A stretch of 64,000 nt of DNA from Pseudomonadota bacterium (GCA_043821645.1 JBDRCO010000068.1:128001-192000); one strand, 5' to 3'. Shown: positions 20,801 through 32,034, counted from the stretch's first letter. Numbers and translations: made by a program. The notes: generated by a model not told the origin, from the sequence alone.

Positions 20801-21452
20801 TCTGGTCGGGGTGCCGGACCGCGTGCTCGCCTTCCTGTCCCGCCACGGCATGGCCGACGCGATTGGCCTGGACAACCTCTACCCCGACGAGAGGACCGCG
20901 GTGGCCAGCGTGCACCAGCAGGCCCACAGCCAGTCCAGCGAGGCGGAGTGCCCGCTGCAGCAGCTGCTCCCGCACGTGACCGAACTGGCGCGCCACAGCG
21001 ACGGCTCGCTGCGAGGCTGCGAGCACCATGGCCTGGCCCACTGCCAGCACATCGTCGCCATTCGCTTCGATGGCCTGCTCAACTTCGCCACCATCGGCCT
21101 GCTGGAGCAGGAACTGCGCCGGCGTCTGTCCCAGCGCACGCCGAGTCCGCGGCATGTCCTGATCGCGGGTCACACCCTGGCCAACGTCGACAGCGAGGCA
21201 GCGCAGGATCTTCTCACGCTGATCCAGTCGCTGCGGGGTGAGGGTGTCCGGGTGGCCTTGAGCGGCCTCAGGGACGATGTGCTCGAGGTGCTGGAGCGCG
21301 CGGCAGCGACCTCCGGAGGGCCGCTCCAGGACCTGTTCCCGACCCAGGAAAAGGCGCTCGATGCGCTCCACCCTGAAGCGCACCAGGGGAGCACCGAGCA
21401 GCCGTGCCCGCTGAAGGAAGTGGTCCGGGCCCAGCCGCAGCCCGACGCGTAG
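17865..21452 (+). CDS. SulP/SLC26 anion transporter with large loop insertion (CxxCH) and four tandem STAS domains
   Basis: DLIAGITVALVLVPQSMAYAQLAG, FGSSRQLATGP, NQELVGQGLAN, GSFSRTAVN; four 151-aa STAS repeats start at 19611, 20064, 20517 and 20970. Confidence 0.93.
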   Translation: MSWVLKLLPFLRWFKGYSGSTLRADLIAGITVALVLVPQSMAYAQLAGMPPYYGLYAAFLPGIVASLFGSSRQLATGPVAVVSLMTAAALEPLASAGSEAFVGYALFLSLLVGLFQVALGVLRLGLVVNFLSHPVVNGFTNAAALIIATSQLSKLFGVSVAKAHLHLVTVARVLVAGVQEAHLPTVGMAVLAFATMILLRKLQPRIPNVLVAVVVATLLAWAVGFEQKQTVDLSQIQAPEVVALVDRYNEEQSVKERFEAVRAHGRKGWDPSSAEGEKACTACHGERDPATFTDQAKGPVDGAMVNAFALHELAGVLEARSQAHRHGLGSLRTDLTRTNLVPVRGADGRLVFVAPGQVPPGVTPEKGRWHLRVSTGPLDTSALVLSGGGSVVGAIPRGLPTLRAPSMNWSILGKLLAAAIIISLLGFMEAISIAKAMAARTRQHLDANQELVGQGLANLVGAFTQGYPVSGSFSRTAVNYQAGGQTGLSNVVAGAMVGVVLLFLSGALYHLPDAVLAAIIVMAVAGLINVKGFVHAWRTSRLDGAISIITFGVTLGLAPELEWGIATGVSLSLIAYLYRSMRPEVVELVPDEQGVMRDVRRHELTRCKHLAVVGFEGPLNFASVSYLEETLLHLVADYTGLKHLVIKGDGISEIDASGEETLRHVVENLRTAGTAVSFSGWPEGIVDVLRRSGLHQEIGAGHFFHTRAEALSAIYADVHEGTGETDCPFRRAMPPLVELSMHPDGTLRDALRHKLPRCRHIAALRFDADLTFANTAYLEEETRARIADRSNLRHLVLVAHGVASMDTSAAKRLLGMIEKLHGEGIEVSLSGLKDEVLDILSRDGGLTSLGRDHLYPTQAAAIAGVYARAHAGSSEEECPFSEFAPRLRELSLYSDGALREADQYHLRTCQVIAVLRFDGSLLLGNPRALTSEFIAWAKTRISVNTVLFTAQALTKIDDSSARNLLGLVEAVREAGFRVALVGVPDRVLAFLSRHGMADAIGLDNLYPDERTAVASVHQQAHSQSSEAECPLQQLLPHVTELARHSDGSLRGCEHHGLAHCQHIVAIRFDGLLNFATIGLLEQELRRRLSQRTPSPRHVLIAGHTLANVDSEAAQDLLTLIQSLRGEGVRVALSGLRDDVLEVLERAAATSGGPLQDLFPTQEKALDALHPEAHQGSTEQPCPLKEVVRAQPQPDA

Positions 21453-21476
21453 GATCCAGGACGCCAGGCGCCGAGG

Positions 21477-21908
21477 TCACCAGCCGCGGGTGCGCAGGAT
21501 CTCCTCGACTTCTTTCTGAGAGCGCTTCTCGGCCGCGGCGATGCGCTTGCCGCGGGCGAGGCGGATCTTCTCAAGCAGGGTGCCAATGTCGGTGGGCTTC
21601 TCCAGCACGTCCACCGCACCCAGCCGCGTGGCCTCGACCGCCGCCTTGACCGTGGCTTGCCCGGTGAGCAGCATCACCTGCAGATCCGCGCGCAGGGCGA
21701 GCATGGCCTTGAGCGTGTCGATGCCATTCATGCCGGGCATCGCGAAATCCAGCACCACGGCGTCGTAGGTCCTGGCCTCGACCCGGGACACGCCGGTGTG
21801 GCCGTCGTGGGCGGTCTCGACCTCGAGGCCGCGCGAGCGGAGTCGCTCGGCCAGGGCCTCCACGAACTCCACCTCGTCATCAACCAGAAGCACCTTCTCC
21901 GTCGTCAT
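21477..21908 (-). CDS. Single-domain response regulator
   Basis: VLLVDDE, LDFAMPGMNG, LTGQAT, EKP. Confidence 0.93.
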   Translation of the reverse strand: MTTEKVLLVDDEVEFVEALAERLRSRGLEVETAHDGHTGVSRVEARTYDAVVLDFAMPGMNGIDTLKAMLALRADLQVMLLTGQATVKAAVEATRLGAVDVLEKPTDIGTLLEKIRLARGKRIAAAEKRSQKEVEEILRTRGW

Positions 21909-21919
21909 GGGTCACCTCA

Positions 21920-22597
21920 TCAAGAGACGTGCGCGGTGGCAGTGCCCGCGTGTGCCGGGAGCCAGAATGCGATGCGTGCGTTGTGTTCGGGTGGACAGGC
22001 GCGCAGGGTGCCGCCCAGCGCGTGCAACTGCTGGCGGACGCCGCTCACGCGCTGCTGCGCCGCCTTGGTCAGGGGATCCGGAAAAGCCTGGCCATCCAGC
22101 TCGACCAGCAGGCCTTGATCGACAGGTCGGATCCGCAGGGTCAAGGCCACAGGTGGCGTCTCCAGCCACACCTGCACCGCCGAGAACACCAGCTGGAGCA
22201 GCAGGTAGGGGCAGGTCTCGATCACCACCGGAGAGTCGTGAAAGTCGTGGCTCAGGGTCGAATTGGTCAGCCGCACTGGCCGCTCGAGCAGATCCAGGGC
22301 TCCGCGCAGCAGATCCACCGCGTCGATCACGGCGTGGTTGGCGTCGGTGCTGTGCGCGAAGTGCGAGATGCTGCGCACCAGCCCCTGGCCACGCTGGACC
22401 TGGGCCTGGAGCTTCTGCGCCAGGGCCTGCACGCGCCCGCGCTCGTCGGCAGGAGCCGCGGACAGGTCCTCGATGAGCCCGGCCACCTCGTTGAGGATAT
22501 TGAGGACGTTGATCACCTCGTGGCACTGCGCCGCCACCACCGCGCCAAAGAAGGCCACACCCTCGTCGCAGCGGTGCTGGTCGCCGGCTGTGCTCAC
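21920..22597 (-). CDS. HisKA-like protein with degenerate HATPase domain (pseudo-kinase/phosphotransferase)
   Basis: H-box-like CHEVINVLNILNEVAGLIED, similar to the neighbouring kinase; no N/G1/F/G2 boxes. Confidence 0.7.
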   Translation of the reverse strand: MSTAGDQHRCDEGVAFFGAVVAAQCHEVINVLNILNEVAGLIEDLSAAPADERGRVQALAQKLQAQVQRGQGLVRSISHFAHSTDANHAVIDAVDLLRGALDLLERPVRLTNSTLSHDFHDSPVVIETCPYLLLQLVFSAVQVWLETPPVALTLRIRPVDQGLLVELDGQAFPDPLTKAAQQRVSGVRQQLHALGGTLRACPPEHNARIAFWLPAHAGTATAHVS

Positions 22598-22966
22598 GCG
22601 TCCGCCTCCTCGCCACTGGCAGCGCGCCGCAAAATGCTGACCAGGTGCTTGATGTCCACCGGCTTTTGCAGGTAGTCGAAGGCACCCAGGCGCAGACCCT
22701 CCTCGCGTGCCTCGGCCGAACCGTGGCCCGACATCATCACCACCTTGAGCTCGGGCTGCAGCTGGCGCAGCGTGCGGATCACGTCCAGCCCGTCGAGTCC
22801 GGGCATGCGCAGATCCAGCACCACCACGTCGAAGCGCGCCCCGGCGGCACGTTCCAGGGCGTCGTGACCGTTGGTCGAGCCCACGGCCTCGATGCCGCGC
22901 AGCTCCAGGCGCTCGGTCACCGCCGACACCAGCTCCTCCTCATCATCCACGAACAACACCCGCAGC

Positions 22967-22974
<8 letters not shown>
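22594..22974 (-). CDS. Single-domain response regulator
   Basis: MAKLRVLFVDDEEE, LDLRMPGLDG, SGHGS, QKP; ATG at 22974 overlaps the kinase stop region. Confidence 0.92.
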
Positions 22975-24697
<1,723 letters not shown>

Positions 24698-24872
24698 GAC
24701 GCCTCGCTATGGCGGCGCATCCCCCCGCGGGCGGACTCTCGCGCACCACACGACTATCACAACCCACGTGGACCTTTCGATTAAATCTCTTTATAGGGTG
24801 ACGCGGTGGTTTTTGACCCTTCAGGCCCGAATTCAGTGCCTCGGCACCAGGGACGAGGCGGCAGCCCGGAGC

Positions 24873-26492
24873 TCAACCGTTGAGCATGCGCGGCAGCATC
24901 TTGAACACCCAGCCCAGGCCCTTGAGCCGCTTCCAAACGCTGCGCGACAGGTGCATGTCCGCCAGGCCCAGGATGGCGTCGAAGGTCTGGCGGCTGTGCG
25001 GGTGCCACCAGATGTCCTTCTTGACCAGGGGCAGGTAGTGCTTGATCAGCACCTGGGGTTCGGTCATCTCGTCGAAGCCGATCTGGCCATGGGTGCGGCC
25101 GATGCCGCTGTTCTTGAAGCCGCCCCAGGGCGTCTCGGCCAGGCCGTGGCTCATCAGGTGGTCGTTGAAGGTGATGGCACCGGCCTGGATGCGCCGGCCC
25201 AGCTTCTCGGCGTAGGCCTGGTTGCGCGACCACACGGATCCGGTGAGCCCCAGGTCCGAGTCGTTGGCCAGCTCCACCGCCTGGTCCATGCTGTCGACCT
25301 TCATCACCGCGAGCACCGGTCCAAAGGTCTCCTCGCGCATGGTGCGCATGGTGTGGTTGACCTCGGTGAGCACCGTGGCCGGCATGAACTGGCCGCCGCC
25401 GCCCTTGGGGGCCTCGCTCTGGGCGTAGATGACCGCACCCTTGCCCAGGGCGTCGTCGATGTGCTCCTGCACGGTCTGCATCTGGCCGCGGGTGGTCATG
25501 GCGCCCAGGTCCACGTTGAAGTCGCTGTCCGGGCCCACGCGCAGGGCGCGCACCTTGGTCGCCAGCAGGTCCAAGAAGGGCTGGTACACGTCCTTGTGCA
25601 CGTAGATGCGCTCGACGCCACCGCAGCTCTGGCCGCAGTTGGACAGGCCCGCCCACACCGCGCCGCTGCTGGCGCGCTCGAGGTCGGCGTCGGGGCACAC
25701 CAGCATGGCGTCGTTGCCGCCCAGCTCCAGGGACACGGGCGTCAGGGTCTCGGCGGCCTTGGCCATGAGCTTCTTGCCCACGGGCACCGAGCCGGTGAAG
25801 AACAGCTTGTCGATGCCCGCCTCGAACAGGGCGTCGCCGGCGATGGCACCGGGCAGGTTGATGAAGTGGAACAGCCCCTCGGGCACACCGCCCCCGCGCA
25901 GGCAGGTCTCGATGGCCTTGCCCACCATCAGGGTCTGGCTGGCGGTCTTGAGGATGACCGCGTTGCCCGCGAGCAGGGCCTTGCACACCTCGTGAAAGGG
26001 GATGCCAAAGGGGTAGTTCCAGGGCGACACGATGCCGATGACGCCAAAGGGCACGCGCACCAGCTTGCTCCACTTGTAGACCCTGAACAGCAGGGCGCCG
26101 CCGTGCAGCGGCTGGTCGCGCAGCCAGCCCGGGGCCTTCTTGCAGTAGGTGTCGATGGACAGCGCGGTCGCCACCACCTCGGTGGCCAGGGCATCGACGC
26201 GCACCTTGCCGTTGTCCCGGCACACGGTCTCGGCCAGCTCCTCGGCGTGCTCGACGATGTAGTCGCGCACCTTGAGCATGACCTTGCAGCGCACGCGCAC
26301 CGGTGTCTGCGCCCACACCTTCTGCGCCACCCGGGCCTCGCCCACCGCGCGCTGCAGATCCTCGACGCTGTGCAGGGGCACCTCGCCGATCTTGTCGCCG
26401 GTGGCCGGGTTGAAGGCCTCGGTCACCTTCTTGCTCGCCGCGGCCTTGCCATTGCCATTGCCCTTGTGTGCGCTGTGCTCGCTGCTGACCAT
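24873..26492 (-). CDS. Aldehyde dehydrogenase family protein
   Basis: PWNYPF, FTGS, LELGGND, catalytic GQSC, EETFGP; start MVSSEH at 26492. Confidence 0.95.
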   Translation of the reverse strand: MVSSEHSAHKGNGNGKAAASKKVTEAFNPATGDKIGEVPLHSVEDLQRAVGEARVAQKVWAQTPVRVRCKVMLKVRDYIVEHAEELAETVCRDNGKVRVDALATEVVATALSIDTYCKKAPGWLRDQPLHGGALLFRVYKWSKLVRVPFGVIGIVSPWNYPFGIPFHEVCKALLAGNAVILKTASQTLMVGKAIETCLRGGGVPEGLFHFINLPGAIAGDALFEAGIDKLFFTGSVPVGKKLMAKAAETLTPVSLELGGNDAMLVCPDADLERASSGAVWAGLSNCGQSCGGVERIYVHKDVYQPFLDLLATKVRALRVGPDSDFNVDLGAMTTRGQMQTVQEHIDDALGKGAVIYAQSEAPKGGGGQFMPATVLTEVNHTMRTMREETFGPVLAVMKVDSMDQAVELANDSDLGLTGSVWSRNQAYAEKLGRRIQAGAITFNDHLMSHGLAETPWGGFKNSGIGRTHGQIGFDEMTEPQVLIKHYLPLVKKDIWWHPHSRQTFDAILGLADMHLSRSVWKRLKGLGWVFKMLPRMLNG

Positions 26493-26557
26493 GTGTGAAC
26501 TCCCTGGTGATGCCGTGAAGCCCCGCGCCCGCAGGCGACAGGGCGTGCTCGTCGAGA

Positions 26558-27415
26558 CTAGGCGCGGACCTCGCGCAGGTGCGGGGTCCCCCGAGGCTCC
26601 GCAGGCCGCCCCACGAAGTCCTCCATGCACTTGTTGATACCCAGGATGTCGACCACGACGTCGAACACCCGCACGGGCAGCAACCCGCGCAGCAAGAAGT
26701 CCGTGTACACGATGCGCGGCATGAACAGCCGCGGGCTGTCCTTCTGGATGGCGCACACGATCTTGCCTGCCACGTACTCCTCCTTGAGGATGGGCAGCAT
26801 GAAGCCGAAGCGCGTCTTGACCCCCGCGAACATGCCGGTGTCGATGTAGTAGGGGCAGACCACGGTGGTGCGCACCCCCGGCGCCTGCTCCCGCATCTCC
26901 ATGCGCAGGCACTCGTCAAAGCCAAAGGCCGCGAACTTGCTGGCGCTGTAGTCGCTCATCTTGGCGGATCCGAGCAGTCCGCCGGCCGACGACACGTTGA
27001 CGATGTGGCCCTGGTTGCGCTCCACCATCTGCGGCAAGAAAGCCTTGGTCACCCAGAACAGGGCCAGGGTGTTGACCTTGAGGGTGCGCTCGATCTGCTG
27101 GTCGGGCAGGTCCAGCAGGCGCTTGCCGCTGACGATGCCCGCGTTGTTGACCAGGATGTCGACCCGGCCCACCTCGGCATTGACCCGCGTGGCCACGTCG
27201 TAGACCTGGGTGCGCTCACTGACGTCGCACAGGTAGCCGTGGTGGACGCGGCCGGTGTCCGCACGCAGCTCCTCGACCACCCTGTCCAGGGCGCTGTGAT
27301 TGATGTCCCACACGATGATCTCGGCGCCCAGCCCGGCGAGCTTGCGCGCCAGCAGGCGGCCGATGCCACTGGCTCCCCCGGTGATCAGGACCTTCTTCCC
27401 GGCGACATGAGTCAT
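26558..27415 (-). CDS. Short-chain dehydrogenase/reductase (retinol/17-beta-HSD-like subgroup)
   Basis: TGGASGIG, NNAG, YSASK, CPYYIDTGMF. Confidence 0.93.
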   Translation of the reverse strand: MTHVAGKKVLITGGASGIGRLLARKLAGLGAEIIVWDINHSALDRVVEELRADTGRVHHGYLCDVSERTQVYDVATRVNAEVGRVDILVNNAGIVSGKRLLDLPDQQIERTLKVNTLALFWVTKAFLPQMVERNQGHIVNVSSAGGLLGSAKMSDYSASKFAAFGFDECLRMEMREQAPGVRTTVVCPYYIDTGMFAGVKTRFGFMLPILKEEYVAGKIVCAIQKDSPRLFMPRIVYTDFLLRGLLPVRVFDVVVDILGINKCMEDFVGRPAEPRGTPHLREVRA

Positions 27416-27722
27416 GCGCACCTCGCGGCTGGCAAGTGATACAGGCACCCCCGGCACAGGCCTTTCATCCCGCCCGTCAACCGCGCCAGGCAGGGCGTGG
27501 CGGGCTTGCCAGAGCGGAATGCCGCTGTGCGTCATATGACGACATCTCAAGCAGAAGCTCCTGTCAAGCAGCGGCCTCTGTGGTGGCCTGAGGGCTTTCT
27601 TCGGTGAATCGACGGACCTGCCATGCCTGTCAGGTGATGCTGGAAACCGCATGCGCGCATGCAGGGCAGGGCGGCTGTTACCCCCCCGGATCGATGCTCA
27701 AGCGAGCTCTCTTCTCACTTCA

Positions 27723-27750
27723 GATTTACATGACAAAAACAATGTAAATA
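27723..27750. other. Degenerate Xer-type 11-6-11 palindrome
   Basis: GATTTACATGA-CAAAAA-CAATGTAAATA; same TTTACAT-N10-ATGTAAA core as 33089-33116. Confidence 0.45.
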
Positions 27751-27766
27751 TCTATTAAATATACAT

Positions 27767-27790
27767 TATAATGCTAATTATCATTCTCAT
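27767..27790. promoter_or_regulatory. Fur-box-like operator overlapping a TATAAT hexamer
   Basis: TATAATGCTAATTATCATT matches 14/19 to GATAATGATAATCATTATC and continues as a hexamer array (...CATTCTCAT), within a ~70-bp AT island. Confidence 0.55.
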
Positions 27791-28064
27791 GAATGAACCG
27801 CCGACCCACACCGTCCCAGGTAACAAGCGACTTGAGCGTTTTGCACGGCGAACGCTGGAAACCCTCCGAGCTTCGCGTTCACACCACCAAGAGGTGGCAG
27901 CGACCTGACATTCGTGTCAGCTTCGGCTCGTCGGAAAAAACCGCCGCGTGTGTCCCCTGACCGCCCATCTGCCCGAAATATGAACACAAAACCGGGTCCT
28001 CGCGACCTGGCAAGGTTCCTGCTCATGGACCAGGCAACACGCGCACCCACGGTGGAGGATTTCA

Positions 28065-29324
28065 ATGCGCCATTCCAATCTGGCCCTGGCCCTGCTGGCA
28101 GCCACCCTGACCCTGGCAAGCCAGGGTTGCATCATCATCTCCATCCAGGACTGGGACGACGACAACAATTCCTGCGACGGCTACGGCTGTAGCGACCAGG
28201 CCTGCCCGCCGGACGCCGTGTGGATCTATGGCGAGTGCCAGGACCCGCGCGCCGACTTCGACGGCGACGGCCTGGTCAACGGTGAAGAGGCCGGCTGCGG
28301 TACCGACCCCGCCACCTACGACAGCAACGGCGACGGCATGGCCGATGGCGAGGCGGATGCCGACCGCGATGGCCTGGCCAATGCGCACGAGACCGCCGCC
28401 GGCTGCTCCTGCCAAAACCCGGACAGCGATGGCAATGGCGAGCTCGACGGCAACGAGGACGCCGACGGCGACGGGCTGGACGCCGCCCTGGAGCAAGCCC
28501 TGGGCACGGATCCCGGCATGTACGACTCTGACTACGACGGCGTGGGCGACGGCGACGAGGACTTTGACGGTGATGGCCTGAGCAATGCCGGGGAGTCCAT
28601 CACCGGCAGCGATCCACGCAACGCCGATTCGGACTTCGATGGCCAGCTCGATGGCGCCGAGGATCCCGATGGCGACGGCCTCAGCAATGCCGCCGAGATC
28701 CGCGCGGGCACGGATCCGAACAGCGCGGACAGTGACGGCGACGGCGAGCTCGACGGCGACGAGGACCTGGATGGCGATGGCCTCACCACCAGCACCGAGC
28801 TGCGCGCCGGCACGGATCCGAACAGCGTCGACACCGACCAGGACGGCGTGCCCGATGGCCACGAGGACCTGGACGGCGATGGCATCAACAACTTCGACGA
28901 GCAGTGTGACGGCACAGATCCCCGCATCCCCGACGGCCCGGGCTGGAACCAGGACAGCGACCAGGACGGCCTGAGCGATGCCGCCGAGCAGGCCTGCGGC
29001 ACCGACGCCTTTGCCTACGACAGCGACGGCAATGGCCGCGGCGACGCTTACGAGGACGCGGACGGAGACGGCGTGCCCAATGGCGAGGAGGAGCAGTTCA
29101 ACGGCACCGGTTGCCTCAACCCGGACAGCGACGGCGACGGCACCAACGATGGCGCCGAGGTGGCTTCCCTGCGCGATCCCCTGGTTCCAGATGGCGGCCC
29201 GGTCACCGACTACGGCCTCTACGAGTGCGGCTGCTGCGCGTCCATGCTGCCGGGTTCGGCCAGCCTGTCAGGACTGCTGCTGGGCTTCGGCCTGGTCCTG
29301 CGCCGGCGTCGCCACGCAGCCTGA
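28065..29324 (+). CDS. Asp-rich Ca-binding (TSP3-like) repeat lipoprotein with MYXO-CTERM-like tail; paralog of 16519..17619
   Basis: Signal ending ASQGC, about 10 repeats DGDGLxNxxExxxGTDPxxxDSDxDGxxDGxED, C-terminal CGCC + TM + RRRR; GGAGG RBS. Confidence 0.88.
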   Translation: MRHSNLALALLAATLTLASQGCIIISIQDWDDDNNSCDGYGCSDQACPPDAVWIYGECQDPRADFDGDGLVNGEEAGCGTDPATYDSNGDGMADGEADADRDGLANAHETAAGCSCQNPDSDGNGELDGNEDADGDGLDAALEQALGTDPGMYDSDYDGVGDGDEDFDGDGLSNAGESITGSDPRNADSDFDGQLDGAEDPDGDGLSNAAEIRAGTDPNSADSDGDGELDGDEDLDGDGLTTSTELRAGTDPNSVDTDQDGVPDGHEDLDGDGINNFDEQCDGTDPRIPDGPGWNQDSDQDGLSDAAEQACGTDAFAYDSDGNGRGDAYEDADGDGVPNGEEEQFNGTGCLNPDSDGDGTNDGAEVASLRDPLVPDGGPVTDYGLYECGCCASMLPGSASLSGLLLGFGLVLRRRRHAA

Positions 29325-29387
29325 GCACCCCAGGTCAGGCCGCGCTCGGATACCTACCTCGTCGCCACCCCGACATCAGACCGTGTA

Positions 29388-30683
29388 TCAGTGAATCTCG
29401 CCGTAACGTTGCCTCAGCGCATCGAGGGAGTCGCTGAGTGTGCTGGCGGCCGCGTCGGCGAAGGCACGGCGCTCGGCATCGATGGCTGTCTGCTCACTGT
29501 CGACGTAGAGCAGGGCATCCACCCCGCCGGGGCCGAGCACGGGCAAGACCAGCCATTGCCGGGGCGCCGGCGCACCGAGGAATCCCAGCAGGATGCGATC
29601 GATGGCGTCCATGCGCTCGGGGTCGCCAGCCACCACCTGGCGTGTGGTGTAGGCCAGGCGCAGGGTCGACGGGGGAGTCAAGGGCAGCAGCACGTCGCGG
29701 ATGCGCTGGCTATCCAGGTGCGGCCCACCACCGTCCCAGCCCACGGCCAGGTCATGACGGACCAGGAACACTGCCACGTGGGCAAAGCGCGAGGTCAGCG
29801 AGGGCAAGAGCTGCGCGCTCACGCTGTCCCGCGCGCGCCTGACCTCGTCCTTGTTCACCACGCCTTGCCAGCCCTCGACGGGATCCCGGGTTGTCGCCGG
29901 GGAGTGCCAGCCAGGAACGCGCGCCGCCGCCACAGGTTTCCCGGGCAGGGTCGGCATGAGCGGAGGGTCTTGCTGCAAGGCGAAGGGCGCGGGGGTGAGC
30001 TCGTCGTCAAACTCCGCGTCGCTGAGCTGGACACTGGCCAGGCTGGCCAGCAAGGGCGACTTGCTGCCGTCGCCGAACACGCCGGATCCGGGATCGCTAT
30101 GGGGCGGTTCCTCCCACACCAGGTCGCGGTGAACAGGGATGCCGCCGCTGCTGGCGGTGCGGATACCCACCGCGGGCAAGTGCACGTCCCGAGGGGGTGG
30201 CAGCACTGCTGTCTCGAGCGCGTGCTCGAGGGTGAAGCCTGCCATGGGCGTCGGAGGTGGCACCCGGTAGGCGTCAAACAGGGTTCCAAAAAGCGCACGC
30301 GGCCGCGCCACGTAGGGCTCGACCGCGAGGCTGGTGAACAGGGCCAGATCCTCGATGGCGCGGTCGTCCGACGGATCCAGCATGGCCACATGCAAGCGGT
30401 TGCCACTGCGCAAAAAGGGCACCAGGCAGCAATCCTCGGCCAGGCGACTGGGCACCAGGGCCAGCACGCGCGCCGGAGGCAAGATCGCGAGCTGGGCTGT
30501 GGCGTCGCGGGCGCCGAGTTCGAGCAGGGTGCTAAACACCAGCTCCTCGGCCACCACGCCTGACAGGTGCAGACGCAGCGCGAACAGGCGGCCCCGCAGC
30601 GCAGGCGAGCGCATGATCGTGTCGACCGCGCTCGCGTCGAGCACGCCACGACGAACCAGTTCGGTGGTCAGGCGCGAGGGCAT
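29388..30683 (-). CDS. GspE/PilB N-terminal (T2SSE_N/MshEN-like) domain protein with C-terminal GAF-like domain, no ATPase
   Basis: VLALVPSRLAEDCCLVPF...LHVAMLDPSD...LALFTSLAVEPYVA pattern; Pro-rich linker. Confidence 0.75.
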   Translation of the reverse strand: MPSRLTTELVRRGVLDASAVDTIMRSPALRGRLFALRLHLSGVVAEELVFSTLLELGARDATAQLAILPPARVLALVPSRLAEDCCLVPFLRSGNRLHVAMLDPSDDRAIEDLALFTSLAVEPYVARPRALFGTLFDAYRVPPPTPMAGFTLEHALETAVLPPPRDVHLPAVGIRTASSGGIPVHRDLVWEEPPHSDPGSGVFGDGSKSPLLASLASVQLSDAEFDDELTPAPFALQQDPPLMPTLPGKPVAAARVPGWHSPATTRDPVEGWQGVVNKDEVRRARDSVSAQLLPSLTSRFAHVAVFLVRHDLAVGWDGGGPHLDSQRIRDVLLPLTPPSTLRLAYTTRQVVAGDPERMDAIDRILLGFLGAPAPRQWLVLPVLGPGGVDALLYVDSEQTAIDAERRAFADAAASTLSDSLDALRQRYGEIH

Positions 30684-30867
30684 GCGGTCCTGGCTTCTCT
30701 CGGCGGGCTCCGTCGGTCCCTCGCTCGTCGAGAGAGCATCTCGCCGAGCATCACCCTGGGAGCGTTTGGCCGCATGCTAGGGACGGGGGCGCGCAAAGGT
30801 CAAGACCACACAGCTTGACGCGATGAGCGGGGCCATCTAAGTGCAGGGAGCGCCAGCGAGGAACGCC

Positions 30868-32034
30868 ATGTCGCCACGCCTGTACTGTGACCACAACGCC
30901 ACCAGCCCGGTGCCCCCCGAGGTGCGTGCGGCGATGATCAAGGCCCTGGGGGAGCCCCTGGGCAATCCCTCGAGCGTGCACGCCGCCGGACAGCGCTCGG
31001 CCGAGCTGCTCGAGCGCGCACGGGGTGAGGTGGCCGAGGCCGTGGCTGTCGACGCCGCGCAGGTGCTGTTCACCAGCGGAGGCAGCGAGTCCAACGCACT
31101 GGCCCTGGCTGGCGTGGTTCATGGCAGCCGGCGCAGCGCGGTCGCGGTGAGTGCGGTCGAGCACCCATCCGTGCTCGAGGCGGCGCGCGTGCTGTGCCAG
31201 CGAACCGAGCGCGAACTGCGGCTGCTGCCTGTGGGTCGCAGCGGTCACGTCGAGGTCGAGGCCGCCAGCCGCCTCATTGACGACAGCGTGGCCCTGGTGT
31301 CGGTGCAGTATGCCAACCACGAGACCGGCGCGGTGCAGCCCATCGCCGAGCTCGGCGCGCTGGCGCGGCACCATGGCTGCCTGTTTCACGTCGACGCGGC
31401 GCAAGGTCTGGGCCGCCTGAAGCTGGACCTCGCCGAGTTCGAACTGGACCTGATGAGTCTTTCCGGGCACAAGGCCGGCGCCCCCGCAGGTATTGGCGCA
31501 CTGGTGGTACGGCCGGGGGTACCGCTGCAGCCGCTGTTCTATCGCGGCCACCAGGAGCGCGGTCTGCGCGCCGGCACCCCGAATCTGCTCGGTGCCGTGG
31601 GGCTGGGCGCTGCCTGCAAGTTGCTGGTGCCGCGAAGCCTGACCGCCTGCGCGCGCCTGCGCAGCCTGCGCGACCAGCTGGCGCAGCAACTCGAAGCGCG
31701 CGTGCCGCACACCGTGGTGCTGACCCCGCGTAGCCCGGCCGTGCTGGCCCAGACCCTGTGCCTTGCCTTCGAGGGCGCACACGCCGAGGCCGTGGTGGCC
31801 GAGCTGGATCAGCGCGGGGTGGCCGCCTCGGCCGGTGCCGCCTGCCGCGCCGGACAGAGCGACCCCTCGAGCGTGCTGCTGGCCATGGGGGTGGCACCCG
31901 AGCTGGCGCTGTGTGCGGTGCGCTTCTCCCTAGGGCCGGAGCATGCGGTGGCCGACATCGAGCAGGTCATCGCGGCCACGGTGGAGGCAGTCGCCGCAGT
32001 GCGCACCCACGTGGGGCATGAGGCCGGCCGGTGA
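30868..32034 (+). CDS. iscS: Cysteine desulfurase (IscS/NifS class)
   Basis: YCDHNATSP, GNPSSVH, FTSGGSESN, ANHETG, SGHK (PLP Lys), SAGAAC catalytic loop. Confidence 0.92.
   Translation: MSPRLYCDHNATSPVPPEVRAAMIKALGEPLGNPSSVHAAGQRSAELLERARGEVAEAVAVDAAQVLFTSGGSESNALALAGVVHGSRRSAVAVSAVEHPSVLEAARVLCQRTERELRLLPVGRSGHVEVEAASRLIDDSVALVSVQYANHETGAVQPIAELGALARHHGCLFHVDAAQGLGRLKLDLAEFELDLMSLSGHKAGAPAGIGALVVRPGVPLQPLFYRGHQERGLRAGTPNLLGAVGLGAACKLLVPRSLTACARLRSLRDQLAQQLEARVPHTVVLTPRSPAVLAQTLCLAFEGAHAEAVVAELDQRGVAASAGAACRAGQSDPSSVLLAMGVAPELALCAVRFSLGPEHAVADIEQVIAATVEAVAAVRTHVGHEAGR

Noticed and set aside
27789-27910. 39-aa ORF after the Fur-like box
   Set aside because: No RBS, atypical codon usage, no motif.
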